Positions 32,056-43,286 of a stretch of DNA of 64,000 bases are shown piece after piece. Positions within the stretch are counted from its first letter, which is position 1. Every line of letters begins with the position of its first letter. The notes beneath the pieces were generated by a model. The model ran no database searches, was not told the DNA's origin, and saw only the letters and a program-made list of their open reading frames with translations. The DNA is from a virus (taxonomy: Duplodnaviria; Caudoviricetes), in the IMG/VR virus record IMGVR_UViG_3300021430_000575, positions 19,401 to 83,400 of that record. One strand, written 5' to 3'. The position numbers were made by a program, and so were the translations under genes.

Positions 32056-35000
32056 TTAAATCTCCACCTTAAGTTTTGGTACGTCTTTTCTTTCTGCGTA
32101 AACAGTGTAAAAACATTTGATAGATTTTAGCCAACTTGAGCTGGCCACTGTTACGGTTTCAGCACTGATATTTTTTACATATAAACTCTGTGCCGACCCA
32201 TATGGTGTTAGATGTACCGTGATTGTGTCAGGATCAACTAGATGTTCCCAATACGCAGGTAGATCTATAACATCATCTCCGTCAAGTTTGCCTCTGATAT
32301 ACACACCATTTTCTGGACCTTCCAAGCTGGCATATTGTAGCTTCATGCCGGAGCGTGTTGGATGAGGTATTACGAAGCTCTTGGTTGTTGCTGCAAGACC
32401 GCCGTTTACAGTTAGTATATATCCGCTGACTGGAACAGTTGTACCTATTCCAACATTGCCGTTAACAAATATTTCTGAACCGGCAAATACATTACCTGCA
32501 ATTCCAACTCCGCCTGCTACGGTTAATGCTCCGGTTGTTGTGGAGGTAGATACCGTGGTATTGGTAACGGATATATTACCAACCCATGCACCGCTTGCAG
32601 TATAAACATTGCCTATCACAGTTAATTGTGCCTGTCCATAGACTGAACTTGTTCCGATACCTACTTGACCTGCAGGATTTACAAAGAACGTTGCACCGGT
32701 ATATACTCCTGCACTTCCGCTTACAGCTGGTCCTACTGCAAATGTTCCATCTACTGCTGTTTTTAATTGATAACCAGCCATACCGGCGTTTGCACCGGCA
32801 GTTCCAGATGCTGCCCAACGAAATCCACCATAGCTACCCGCAAAATAGAGGAGACCGGCAGCACCGGTACGACGATATGCAAACTTTGATCCGTCGTAAT
32901 AAACGTTTTCTCCAATGTGTGAATTGTTTAACGCATATGACTGAAACTCAAAAGAACCTGTGATGATATTTGGACGTGTAGTGTTAAAGGTACCAACGTC
33001 GAGTAATGTATTTGGAATAGTGGTTCCGATACCCACATACCCAACCGAACTAATTCTCATTTTTTCACTTGAATTGGTAGCAAATCCTAGTGTATTAGCA
33101 GTTGGTAACCATATACCATTTGGCGGTGCATTTGATCCGGTAACGTTTACGTTAGCTCCATTAATACTTCCGTCAACAAACAGGTTACTTGAAACACCAA
33201 CACCACCGGCTACGGTTAATGCTCCAGTTGTGCTACTAGTAGATGCAGTTGTATTGGTTATAGATAGATTACCAATTTGTGCGCTATTGGCAATACGTAC
33301 ATTTCCTGCAACATCTAATATTTGTGACGGAACAGTGGTTCCAATGCCAATTCTACCGTCGCTTCGTAGTGTTAAAACATTAGTGAGGTCACTTGGCAAA
33401 GTATTAGATAGCTTGATGTCTAGCTGAGTTCTAGCCCATACGCTGTCAAATCCCCATGCCGACATGTCAAACATTGCAAGCCCGGCATACACGACGCCGC
33501 TTTGGCCGCTTCTAGATAATACCATTACATTGCTTTGTGCGCTGCGTTGATTTGTGACCTTAGAAGTGATAATAGCACCGACATTGCTAAATGTAACAGA
33601 ACCTGTATCAGTCAGGTTATTACCGCTGTGTAGCGTAGCTAGTGGGTTTGTAACTCTAATTCCTACATTTCCACTTGAATTGATACGCATACTCTCTGTA
33701 CTTTTGGTTGAAAATCCTAGTGTATCAGCGACTGGTAACCAAATACCGTTTGGAGGAGCATTTGATCCAGTAACATTTACGTTAGCTCCATTAATACTTC
33801 CGCCAACAAACAAGTTACCTGCGACACCAATACCACCGGCTACAGTTAATGCACCAGTGGACGAATTGGTAGATATACTAGTATTAGTAACCGATATGTT
33901 CCCGACAGATACACTATTTTGAATAGCAGCATTACCTGTTAATGTTAATTGATTTGCGCCCGGATTAAAGGTAAACATAGGATCTGTTCTAATACCAATG
34001 TTACCGTTAGTTGCTTCGACGAAAGTAGGATAGAATGTTGCATTTGTAATAGTACTGGTTACAGATATATTGCTTGCGTTAAATGCTGTGTTGGCAACGC
34101 CAAATATTCGCCCGCCTACATATAAGTTTCCACCTACGCCAATTCCACCATTTCCTTGAATAATCAATGCGCCAGTTGATGTAGATGTAGATGGATTAGG
34201 TGTATTGCTTGCACTGCCGATCGTAATATTTCCAAATGCAGAGTCACCTAATGCTCCTGCATAAACTCCAGTTGTACTACCCGCTGTAGCATTGCTAATA
34301 TAAACAAATTGCCCTGTGCTATTTTGCCAACCAATAAACCCGTATCTATCTCCGCCGTTGGCGTAATAATGATATTCGAGACCTCGATCATAGCTATCTG
34401 AGGTTGTCAGAGGTTCTCCATTTGGTCCTGTGCCGATAGCCACCGACGGATCTTCAATTACTGTAATATTTGAGTTGATATAACTAACATTACCATTTAC
34501 AATTAGGTTACCAGCAACATATAAATTACCGCTAATACCAACACCACCTGCAACTGTTAATGCACCAGTTGTTGTACTAGTTGCTGCAGTAGAATTGGTA
34601 ATAGATATATTACCAATCCATGCACTATTTCCAGTGTAAACATTGCCTAACACAGTTAATTGTGCTGATCCATATACTGAGCTAGTACCAATACCAACTT
34701 TCCCCTGTACTGCTAATCCATCAGCCGGCGCCGCAGCTGACGATACGCCAGCATAGTTACGACCTATTACCTGATTCCCATAAACATCAACATTGTTAGT
34801 TGCTGCCGATCCGCCGCCTGCACCAACCCACAACCTACCGTTTCGTAGGTACATTACATTATACCCACTAAGTACGCTGTAACCATTACCATTAATTGAC
34901 CATGCGTATCCAGCTGAAAGATTATCAACATAAAATTGCATATAACCACTGCTAGCACCAATACCGACATTTGATATGCCTTCACGGTTCATTGCTATCC

Positions 35001-37257
35001 AAAGTCCTGCATCTGAATTTGGTTTAGCTAGAATTAGATTTGTACTTGTGCCACGTAAGCTAGGATTACTTGTTCCAATACCCACTTGACCACTGACTAT
35101 CATGGTATTTGCACTAGTGGTTATATTACCTGCATAGTTACCAATAGCTACACCACCTAATACATCAAGTGCATTGGTACCAGTAGATGTACCAATACTC
35201 AGTCCTCCAGTTGATGTTAATCTCATTCTTTCGGTTGAATTAGTTACAAATCCTAGTGTATTTGTAGTAGGCAGATATAAACCATTAGTAGGTAGATTTG
35301 CGCCAGTAACATTAAGGTTAGCTCCTTGTACCTGACCATCAGCAATCATGCTACCTGCAACACCGACACCACCTGCAACTGTAAGAGCACCAGTTGTTGT
35401 ACTAGTTGCTGCAGTAGAATTGGTAATAGATATATTACCGGCCCAGATACTTGCAGTGGTATATATATTTCCCCTTACATCTAACCGTTGTGTTGGGGAT
35501 GCTGTACCAAGGCCAAAATTACCACTAACATTATCAAAAAATAACTGATTAGTTGGAGCAAGTCTTACATTACCGCTGGTACTATATAAAATAGATCCGC
35601 TAACTGGTGTAAGATCTGAACTTGTACCACCTCGGCTCATTGGCAGTTGTCCGGCGGTAATACTTAGATTTGATAGATTAACTGCACCCCAGAATAATTC
35701 ACTTCCATTTGTGGTTAGTATTTTATCTATAGTGCCAATTGGTAATTTGCCAAGAAGTAGAGAGTCATTTGTTCCGTATAATAGATCGCCGTTGTTTACA
35801 GTTGTAAATCCAGTGCCACCAACATCTACGTTAATTACTTTACCAGCCCATTCAGCTCCTTTAATTCTGTTTGTTGATGGATTATAAACATATTCGGAAT
35901 CTGCACGTAGAACTGAGCTGCCGGATACAGTATCTACAAACGGAACATAATAATCATTATTATTAGTTGAGCTATCAACAATAACAACATTTGCTATATT
36001 TGCGCTGTTTAGTATAGATCCGTCTGGGAAACGAATTGAACTTTGTCGTCCGGCTACATTAGATATTTGTATGTTTCCAAAAACGGCAAATGTAGCATCA
36101 TTATATCCAACAGTTGATGACGTACCGATGCCAACATTACCATTGAAATTTGCCCGCCATCCTGATAGTTGTCCTGCAACACTGGCATTTTGCAGAATTT
36201 GCACATCGCCAGATATTAAAGCATTACCAACTAGGTCAAACCTACTGTTATTACCCAAATCAAATTGATAAACTACACATGCACCGGCTCCTGTTCCAGT
36301 ATCATTAGTAATGTAGATTGCACTGCCATCCGGTTTTAAATATGTTCCGGTTGGCGCTGTAATATTTGAAACCATGCTTGGTAGGCTAAACTGTGTTCGA
36401 TGTCTTGCAGTAGTTAGTGCCCACGGTTCTGATAAATCATATACATTAATTTCATCACCATTAGAGCCTATTATCAACATAGTTGCGCCATCTGACGTAA
36501 AAGTTATACTAGTAGGTGTTAATTCTTGCGAAGCAATTGAAAGAGAACTAACAACAGTATTTGATATACCTGCCAATGTCCACTGCGTGGCAGGTTTAAA
36601 TTCTACGACGCTTCGCGGATTTGTACCTATGGTTCCCGCAAATACAACAAAAAGAGAAGTACCATCTGGTTTCCAATAAATCTGTCTTGGTGCGTTATTA
36701 CTGCTGGTTATAATAATACTAGACCCACTGTAAGACAAAGATGACGACGACACATTCCATGGAATTGATAGATTATATTCGTATATACCAGTATTGTTGC
36801 CTGTCATCCACATCTTAGTACCAGTTGGATCAAAATACACTCCAACCGGATCACCATTTTGTGCAGCTAGTGACGGTGATGATCCTGCAAAGGTTGCAGT
36901 CGAAATATCCCAGGGAGTATCAAGATTATAATAATCAACAACATTTCCAGATGTACCGATGAGATAAAATATTTTACCATCAGGACTAAAAAATATATTA
37001 AAAGGATTTGCTTCTTGACCACTAACATCCAGTGATTTACCTGTATATACTAGAGTGTTACTGGTTAACACATTTGATATAATTTGCTTACCTGCAACAT
37101 AAAGAGTTGATGCAGGCAGCGAAGTACCAATACCAACACTGCCGCTGATAATAGCCCCATTGGCTATGGGTGTAGATTGTAGTGTGTATGAGCCTACAAC
37201 GAGATTAGACGATACTTGTAGACCGTTTTTGACTATAAAGTCGGTGTTATTGGCCAT
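32056..37257 (-). CDS. Modular tail-fibre-like protein (1733 aa) with beta-propeller-like region
   Basis: Repeated F.PDG..(F/L)Y...Y.L..PW.(I/V)S units; shared fibre modules; C-terminal KSFVIPHP...LQYASLEGPENGVYIRG. Confidence 0.8.
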   Translation of the reverse strand: MANNTDFIVKNGLQVSSNLVVGSYTLQSTPIANGAIISGSVGIGTSLPASTLYVAGKQIISNVLTSNTLVYTGKSLDVSGQEANPFNIFFSPDGKIFYLIGTSGNVVDYYNLDTPWDISTATFAGSSPSLAAQNGDPVGVYFDPTGTKMWMTGNNTGIYEYNLSIPWNVSSSSLSYSGSSIIITSSNNAPRQIYWKPDGTSLFVVFAGTIGTNPRSVVEFKPATQWTLAGISNTVVSSLSIASQELTPTSITFTSDGATMLIIGSNGDEINVYDLSEPWALTTARHRTQFSLPSMVSNITAPTGTYLKPDGSAIYITNDTGTGAGACVVYQFDLGNNSRFDLVGNALISGDVQILQNASVAGQLSGWRANFNGNVGIGTSSTVGYNDATFAVFGNIQISNVAGRQSSIRFPDGSILNSANIANVVIVDSSTNNNDYYVPFVDTVSGSSVLRADSEYVYNPSTNRIKGAEWAGKVINVDVGGTGFTTVNNGDLLYGTNDSLLLGKLPIGTIDKILTTNGSELFWGAVNLSNLSITAGQLPMSRGGTSSDLTPVSGSILYSTSGNVRLAPTNQLFFDNVSGNFGLGTASPTQRLDVRGNIYTTASIWAGNISITNSTAATSTTTGALTVAGGVGVAGSMIADGQVQGANLNVTGANLPTNGLYLPTTNTLGFVTNSTERMRLTSTGGLSIGTSTGTNALDVLGGVAIGNYAGNITTSANTMIVSGQVGIGTSNPSLRGTSTNLILAKPNSDAGLWIAMNREGISNVGIGASSGYMQFYVDNLSAGYAWSINGNGYSVLSGYNVMYLRNGRLWVGAGGGSAATNNVDVYGNQVIGRNYAGVSSAAAPADGLAVQGKVGIGTSSVYGSAQLTVLGNVYTGNSAWIGNISITNSTAATSTTTGALTVAGGVGISGNLYVAGNLIVNGNVSYINSNITVIEDPSVAIGTGPNGEPLTTSDSYDRGLEYHYYANGGDRYGFIGWQNSTGQFVYISNATAGSTTGVYAGALGDSAFGNITIGSASNTPNPSTSTSTGALIIQGNGGIGVGGNLYVGGRIFGVANTAFNASNISVTSTITNATFYPTFVEATNGNIGIRTDPMFTFNPGANQLTLTGNAAIQNSVSVGNISVTNTSISTNSSTGALTVAGGIGVAGNLFVGGSINGANVNVTGSNAPPNGIWLPVADTLGFSTKSTESMRINSSGNVGIRVTNPLATLHSGNNLTDTGSVTFSNVGAIITSKVTNQRSAQSNVMVLSRSGQSGVVYAGLAMFDMSAWGFDSVWARTQLDIKLSNTLPSDLTNVLTLRSDGRIGIGTTVPSQILDVAGNVRIANSAQIGNLSITNTTASTSSTTGALTVAGGVGVSSNLFVDGSINGANVNVTGSNAPPNGIWLPTANTLGFATNSSEKMRISSVGYVGIGTTIPNTLLDVGTFNTTRPNIITGSFEFQSYALNNSHIGENVYYDGSKFAYRRTGAAGLLYFAGSYGGFRWAASGTAGANAGMAGYQLKTAVDGTFAVGPAVSGSAGVYTGATFFVNPAGQVGIGTSSVYGQAQLTVIGNVYTASGAWVGNISVTNTTVSTSTTTGALTVAGGVGIAGNVFAGSEIFVNGNVGIGTTVPVSGYILTVNGGLAATTKSFVIPHPTRSGMKLQYASLEGPENGVYIRGKLDGDDVIDLPAYWEHLVDPDTITVHLTPYGSAQSLYVKNISAETVTVASSSWLKSIKCFYTVYAERKDVPKLKVEI

Positions 37258-37324
37258 ATGATTTCCCTTTCCATCACTGCCATAATTGATTTATTACGTA
37301 TTTATGTTAATCAACACCCAACTT

Positions 37325-40300
37325 TTAAATTTCAATCGATGTTCTAATCAATTTTACAGTTTTATTGGTTGCTGCAATTGGTGTAAAGGTAAGAGATAAC
37401 GTACCGGTTGCTATAGACGCATCAAATGTTCCTAGCCCGTTTGGATTTGTTATATTACTGCTATACATTATGTTGTATTCAGTTTTATAAACAGTGGTAC
37501 CATCGTGCATTACAGTAATTTGAACAATATGATATTGAGAATTGGTATTGTCTGTAATTTGGATCATATAATGTGCAGTACGATATACAGCAATAGGCCA
37601 GCTATCAAGTATTTTATCTCCAGTCGTCCCAAATGCTGTAACATTACCATTTAATATAAATGCATTGCCAGAAACTGATGTATTACTAATGACCTTGTCA
37701 ACTGTAATTGTACCAGCAGCATATATGTTACCGCCAATTCCTGCACCACCTGCTACAACTAATGCACCAGTTGATGTACTAGTAGAAGCTGTGGTATTTG
37801 TAACTGAAATATTTCCAGCCCATACACTGTTAGCAACATAAACGTTACCTCTTACACCAACTCCTCCAGCTACTGTTAGTGCGCCTGTTGTGCTACTGGT
37901 TGCAGCAGTGGTGTTATTAATGGACATATTACCTGCCCAAACACTGCTCGGTGTAAAGATGTTACCTGTTGCTCCAATACCACCTGCTACTGTTAATGCC
38001 CCAGTGGTAGAAGATGTAGTTGCAGTGGTATTTGTAACCGAAATATTTCCAACCCATACGCTCGATGGCGTAAAGATATTGCCTGCAATTCCCGCACCGC
38101 CCCTGACAAGTAAGGCACCGGTTGTACTGCTGGTTGTCGGTGTTGTGTTAGTAATAGATGCATTTCCAAACCATGCACTGCTTGGAGTAAAAATGTTACC
38201 TGCAATTCCAGCACCACCTCTAACAAGTAAGGCACCGGTTGTACTGCTGGTTGTCGGTGTTGTATTGGTGATTGATGCATTACCTGCCCATAAACTAGTA
38301 GATGTAAAGATATTACCAGCTGTTCCAATACCTCCAGTAACTATCAGTGCACCTGTGTTATTTGATATAGTAGGAGTTGCATTGGCTATGAAAAGACTAC
38401 CGTGTGTGGCACCTGCAGATGTAAACAAGTTACCAGATATTCCAACACCGCCTACAACTACAAGAGCACCAGTTGTGCTACTTGTAGATGGAGTTGAATT
38501 GTTAATTGATACGTTTCCAAACCATGCACTACTTGGTGTAAAGATATTACCAGAAAGTCCAATACCACCTGTAACTACTAGTGCTCCTGTAGTAGAAGAA
38601 GTAGTTGTGTTAGAACTTGTTATAGTAGCATTATTCAACCATGTCCATCCACCGGCGTATAGGTTGCCAGATATTCCTACACCACCAGCTACTGTTAGTG
38701 CTCCAGATGTTGTACTGATTGCAGGTGTTGTATTAGTAACAGATATATTACCTGCCCATACACTTGATGGAGTAAAGATATTACCGGCAATTCCTGCACC
38801 ACCTGCAACTATCAGCGCTCCACTTGTACTATTAGTAGTTGATGTTGTATTGGTAATAGACGCGTTACCTGCCCATAAGCTAGTAGATGTAAAGATATTA
38901 CCAGCTGTACCAATACCACCTACAACTACAAGAGCACCAGTTGCATTACTAGTTGTTGCAGTAGCATTTGTAATAGATGCGTTACCTGCCCATAAACTTG
39001 TGGATGTAAAGATAGCTCCTGCTGTACCAATACCACCTGTTACTACCAGTGCCCCTGTTGTAGGGCTAACTGTAGCAGTTGCATTTGTGATAGATAGATT
39101 ACCAATCCACGCGCTAGATGGTGTAAAGATGTTACCTGCAATCCCAACACCGCCTCTAACAATTAAGGCACCAGTTGTACTGCTAGTTGTTGGTGTTGTA
39201 TTGGTAATAGATGCATTTCCAGCCCATAAGCTAGTAGATGTAAAGATATTACCTGCTGTACCAATACCACCTGTTACTACTAATGCACCTGTTGTATTGC
39301 TGGTTGTTGCAGTTGCATTTGTAATTGAAATATTACCAAATCGACCGCCGTTCTGTACATATGCACTACCGATAAGAGATAGTATTCCAGTACCAGGATT
39401 GTATGTAAGTGCAGTGTTAGTTCTAGCTGTGAGATTTCCAGAAGTCGCTTCAAAAAATGCAGGGTAGAATGTAGCATTAGTTGATACAGCGGTTACAGTT
39501 AGATTGCTTGCATTAATAGAAGTGTTAACAACACCAAATATTGTTCCACCAACATAAATGTTCCCGCCTACACCAATACCACCTGTGCCTTGTATAACTA
39601 ATGCACCAGTTGAGGTTGATATTGACGGTTTAGGAGTGTTAAGTGCACTGCCAATAACTACGTTACCAAATGCACCGTCACCCAATGCTCCAGAATATAT
39701 ACCGGTACTGTTACCAGCAGTTGCATTAGCAATAAAGACAAATTGTCCTGTGTTATTTTGCCAACCAATAAATCCATATCTGTCACCACCGCCGGCATAA
39801 TAGTGATATTCTAATCCTCTATCATAGCTATCTGGAGTGGTTAGTGGTGTACCATTTGGGCCTGTGCCAATTGCAATTGAAGGATCTTCTATAACAGCAA
39901 CATTGGTATTAATGTAGCTGACATTACCATTTACAATTAAGTTTCCAGAAACAAGAAGATTTCCTCCGATTGTAGCCGAGTTACCTACATATAAACTCTT
40001 AGCAATACCAACTCCGCCGGCAACAACAAGAGAACCAGTTGTAGTGCTAGTTGCATCGACAGTACCATTTATTATTACAGATGTATTACTGGTAAGTCCT
40101 TGTACGTTTGCAGCAGTTGTAGCATTTAAATATGATGTCTTTACAAATGTATTGCTGGTAATATCATTAGCAATTACGGATGTAACAAAATTTGAAACAC
40201 CTGACTGAACATATAACCCACCAGCAACAATGTTAGCACCATTTCTAATAACTACGTTGCCATTTACATCTAGGTATCCAGTAGGACTACTGGTATTAAT

Positions 40301-41989
40301 ACCTAATCTACCGTTAGTGTTATTCCAGTACAATGCAGCAGGATTTGTAATAGCCATTGCGGTTGATGTACTGTATACCATTCCTCCAGCAGCAGCAGTT
40401 AATGCAGCATTAGTTCCGCCGTTTGCTAATGGTAATATCCCAGATACATCAGTAGTCAACGCTACTTGGCTAAATGTAATAGATGTTCCATCAGTTCTTA
40501 AAACTCGGTTAGCTGTTGTACCGGATGTCCATTGAGGTGATCCAGTAGCACCTGTAACCATTGCTGATGTTGTACTTGTAAGCAGAGTTGACATAGAAAC
40601 GGTATTACCGCTACCATATAACAATGCATATTGTGGAATGCTAGGCGTACCTGTGCCGCCATTTGCAACTTGTAAAGTTCCTGTAATACCAAATTGCGCA
40701 TTAACTTTACTAAAACTTAGTGCACCACCTCCGACATTAGTAGTTAGATATGTGTATGGACCACCGGTTACAGCCGTTGGACCACCGTTGTTATCAAATA
40801 CCACAGCAGCATTTGTGTTACTGGTAAGGCTGCTCATTACCAATCCGTTACTGGCAGTAATCACTACTGCGTTACCAGAAAACGCCGAGGCGTTAGTACC
40901 ACCGTTTACAATTGCCAGTTTGCCACTGACCATAGTGCTAACATCAAGCTTACCCCATTCAGGTGCATCACCTGCAGTATTAGTGATTAACACATTTCCG
41001 TATGGTTTGATATTTAATCTCTCTAATGTTGAACCACTGTTAGCTTTGTATAGGATTTGACCATTGCTCCACCCACTTGAATCTAATCCGGTTCCTCCAT
41101 AACTTAATTCAACTGGCGATCCATACCAAGTACCAACTGTTACTGCACCGTCAGATGATATAACAAATTTTTCTGAAAGACTTGAATTAATAAATTTTAA
41201 AAATTGTCCGTCAGATTTAACCTGTATAGAATTCTGAGACGCATCTGCAACAATAGAAAGCTTTGAACTAGGTGAGCTATCACCGATGCCAATGTTGCCA
41301 GAAACTACTAAACTGTTATCTGGTACAGAAACTGCAGTCGACCATCCAAGTGCAGCATTTCCGTTAATAGTAAGAGTAGCAGAAGGTTGTGTATTTCCAA
41401 TTCCAACTCTACCAGATTGAGTTACAACCAAGGTTGGTAAATTTGGGGACTGTGCTCCGGTAAAATATCCATAGTTATTAACAGGATCATAGCCTACAAT
41501 TAAGTTGCTGCCTACTGGAGAATTATTTCCAATTTGTATTTCATAATTTGTTCCATTTCTGGAAGAAAATACCGCAGGCCCGTCTGTGCCTACTACATGG
41601 AAAATATATTTGGCTTCTGATGTTCCAATACCAACATGGCTATTACTGGTATGAAAAGTAAAGAGAGAACTGCCACCAAATCCGGTACCAGTGTTATACT
41701 GAACGCTGTTAACCGGTCCACCGGCTGGTGTGCTATAACTTGCTGCGCTGGTTGCTTGATATGTGCCGTCTGGAAAGTAAATTCCGCTTATAGTACCTGC
41801 AACATTGGTAATTTGTATATTACCCACAACATGTAATTTTTGTGTGGGAATCGCTGTGCCAATACCTACGTTACCGCTTACAATCATACCATTAATAGGT
41901 GCTGCGTTAGCTAGTGTATAACTACCGACCACCACATTACTGGTTACTTGCAAGCCATTTCTTAGAATAAAATCAACAGGATTAGCCAT
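37325..41989 (-). CDS. Modular tail-fibre-like protein (1554 aa) with tandem Thr-rich repeats
   Basis: About 13 tandem W.GN.SITN.T.TTS.TTGAL.V.GG.G..GNIFT repeats (~37760-39400); C-terminal domain shared with 42073..42786. Confidence 0.8.
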   Translation of the reverse strand: MANPVDFILRNGLQVTSNVVVGSYTLANAAPINGMIVSGNVGIGTAIPTQKLHVVGNIQITNVAGTISGIYFPDGTYQATSAASYSTPAGGPVNSVQYNTGTGFGGSSLFTFHTSNSHVGIGTSEAKYIFHVVGTDGPAVFSSRNGTNYEIQIGNNSPVGSNLIVGYDPVNNYGYFTGAQSPNLPTLVVTQSGRVGIGNTQPSATLTINGNAALGWSTAVSVPDNSLVVSGNIGIGDSSPSSKLSIVADASQNSIQVKSDGQFLKFINSSLSEKFVISSDGAVTVGTWYGSPVELSYGGTGLDSSGWSNGQILYKANSGSTLERLNIKPYGNVLITNTAGDAPEWGKLDVSTMVSGKLAIVNGGTNASAFSGNAVVITASNGLVMSSLTSNTNAAVVFDNNGGPTAVTGGPYTYLTTNVGGGALSFSKVNAQFGITGTLQVANGGTGTPSIPQYALLYGSGNTVSMSTLLTSTTSAMVTGATGSPQWTSGTTANRVLRTDGTSITFSQVALTTDVSGILPLANGGTNAALTAAAGGMVYSTSTAMAITNPAALYWNNTNGRLGINTSSPTGYLDVNGNVVIRNGANIVAGGLYVQSGVSNFVTSVIANDITSNTFVKTSYLNATTAANVQGLTSNTSVIINGTVDATSTTTGSLVVAGGVGIAKSLYVGNSATIGGNLLVSGNLIVNGNVSYINTNVAVIEDPSIAIGTGPNGTPLTTPDSYDRGLEYHYYAGGGDRYGFIGWQNNTGQFVFIANATAGNSTGIYSGALGDGAFGNVVIGSALNTPKPSISTSTGALVIQGTGGIGVGGNIYVGGTIFGVVNTSINASNLTVTAVSTNATFYPAFFEATSGNLTARTNTALTYNPGTGILSLIGSAYVQNGGRFGNISITNATATTSNTTGALVVTGGIGTAGNIFTSTSLWAGNASITNTTPTTSSTTGALIVRGGVGIAGNIFTPSSAWIGNLSITNATATVSPTTGALVVTGGIGTAGAIFTSTSLWAGNASITNATATTSNATGALVVVGGIGTAGNIFTSTSLWAGNASITNTTSTTNSTSGALIVAGGAGIAGNIFTPSSVWAGNISVTNTTPAISTTSGALTVAGGVGISGNLYAGGWTWLNNATITSSNTTTSSTTGALVVTGGIGLSGNIFTPSSAWFGNVSINNSTPSTSSTTGALVVVGGVGISGNLFTSAGATHGSLFIANATPTISNNTGALIVTGGIGTAGNIFTSTSLWAGNASITNTTPTTSSTTGALLVRGGAGIAGNIFTPSSAWFGNASITNTTPTTSSTTGALLVRGGAGIAGNIFTPSSVWVGNISVTNTTATTSSTTGALTVAGGIGATGNIFTPSSVWAGNMSINNTTAATSSTTGALTVAGGVGVRGNVYVANSVWAGNISVTNTTASTSTSTGALVVAGGAGIGGNIYAAGTITVDKVISNTSVSGNAFILNGNVTAFGTTGDKILDSWPIAVYRTAHYMIQITDNTNSQYHIVQITVMHDGTTVYKTEYNIMYSSNITNPNGLGTFDASIATGTLSLTFTPIAATNKTVKLIRTSIEI

Positions 41990-42072
41990 AAAAAAACCTC
42001 AATAAAGAACCACAGTTCATGCTCTATGTTACTCTATTTATCATTTTTTAATTTTAGAGTTGACTTGTACTA

Positions 42073-42786
42073 TTATGGCTCAATACTTGTTCGTATTACC
42101 TTGATGTTTTTATCACTTATATAAAAAGGACTAAAATTTAACTCTACATTACCACTGTTGACTACGCAGTCAAATTCACCAAGTTTTTGCTGAGTTACCA
42201 CAATATTATATTCACTTTTAAAAGCTTTAATTCCATCATGTATAATCATTATTTGACTGGTATGATACCAACTGTAATCGTTGTCTGTTACCTGAACAAT
42301 ATAATGACAACTTCTATAATCAACAGCAGGAAAACTATCTAGTACAACTGTACTGAGATCAGAAACGCTGGTATCTGTACTTTCATACCCAACATCTTTA
42401 ATTTGTAGAGTAGAGCGAGGATTGTTAGTTCCTATTCCTAACCGAGCAGTTGAATTATCAAAATATAAATTTATAGAGCTGCCAAAGTTACCATTATCAT
42501 AAAATTGAACGTAGCCTTGGTTTCCGCTGGGAGAAATAGTTACAGCTTTGGTGGTTTGATGTGTGCCATCTGCAAAGATGTAACCAGAATTGGTACCCGA
42601 AACCGATACATTACCTATTACTGACAGTGGATTTTCTGGTAAACCGGTTCCAATTCCTACTTTATTATCAATTATAAAAACATTACCGGCTGTGTTAATA
42701 TCAGTTGACGATGCAGCAACAATCACTTGGCCGGTTGATGCACCTTGTTTTCTAAGATATTCTATGTCTAAATATTTAACTACCAT
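42073..42786 (-). CDS. Short fibre-associated protein
   Basis: LDSF....YRSCHYIVQVTD...SQIMIIHDG....SEYN matches the C-terminus of 37325..41989. Confidence 0.75.
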   Translation of the reverse strand: MVVKYLDIEYLRKQGASTGQVIVAASSTDINTAGNVFIIDNKVGIGTGLPENPLSVIGNVSVSGTNSGYIFADGTHQTTKAVTISPSGNQGYVQFYDNGNFGSSINLYFDNSTARLGIGTNNPRSTLQIKDVGYESTDTSVSDLSTVVLDSFPAVDYRSCHYIVQVTDNDYSWYHTSQIMIIHDGIKAFKSEYNIVVTQQKLGEFDCVVNSGNVELNFSPFYISDKNIKVIRTSIEP

Positions 42787-42851
42787 TGATATGCTACTTT
42801 ATAAGATATTATGTAGCAATATTTATGCTATTATACTAATTGAAACTATTA

Positions 42852-43286
42852 CTAGAAAGTATTAATTTTTAACCAATGAATTGTTGTTGATGGTTCAAGA
42901 GCATGAATAGAATGTATTTCATTTAATTCAATATTTGCTGTTTCTCCAGGACCAAGTTCAATATCACCTTGGTAATCTCTTTTTACCAAAACACGTCCTT
43001 CCACACATTCTATATTATGAAGATTTTGTTCAGTGTTATGCTGATGGTGGTAAAATACACCATCGGTTGAAAACTTATAAGTTGTACCAGCGACAATCAT
43101 ACCTGTGGAATTATCAGGTAAATCAGTTCCTAGTAGCCTAGTTGGTATATCCGGCGGATTTATCAATGAGCTAATATCATAATTAAGTGAACGGCCGTCT
43201 TCAAACGTTACCGTTACGGTTTTATCAGTATGATGTGTGATTATCCAATTATCCATTTGTAACTCCTTGTAATGTTCCAGCAGCAA
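42852..43286 (-). CDS. Hypothetical protein, cupin-like C-terminus
   Basis: HQH...HNIECVEGRVLV...ELGPGE...IHSIHALE. Confidence 0.55.
   Translation of the reverse strand: MLLEHYKELQMDNWIITHHTDKTVTVTFEDGRSLNYDISSLINPPDIPTRLLGTDLPDNSTGMIVAGTTYKFSTDGVFYHHQHNTEQNLHNIECVEGRVLVKRDYQGDIELGPGETANIELNEIHSIHALEPSTTIHWLKINTF

Noticed and set aside
37890-39467. 525-aa plus-strand ORF and similar antisense ORFs over the fibre and collagen genes (e.g. 22766, 24287, 45961, 47326, 52997)
   Set aside because: Shadow ORFs of stop-poor Gly/Thr/Ala/Pro repeats on the opposite strand; low complexity, no RBS or domain signal.
22276-42786. Diversity-generating retroelement suggested by repeated fibre blocks
   Set aside because: No reverse transcriptase in the window; copies differ mainly at synonymous positions, not specifically at adenines.
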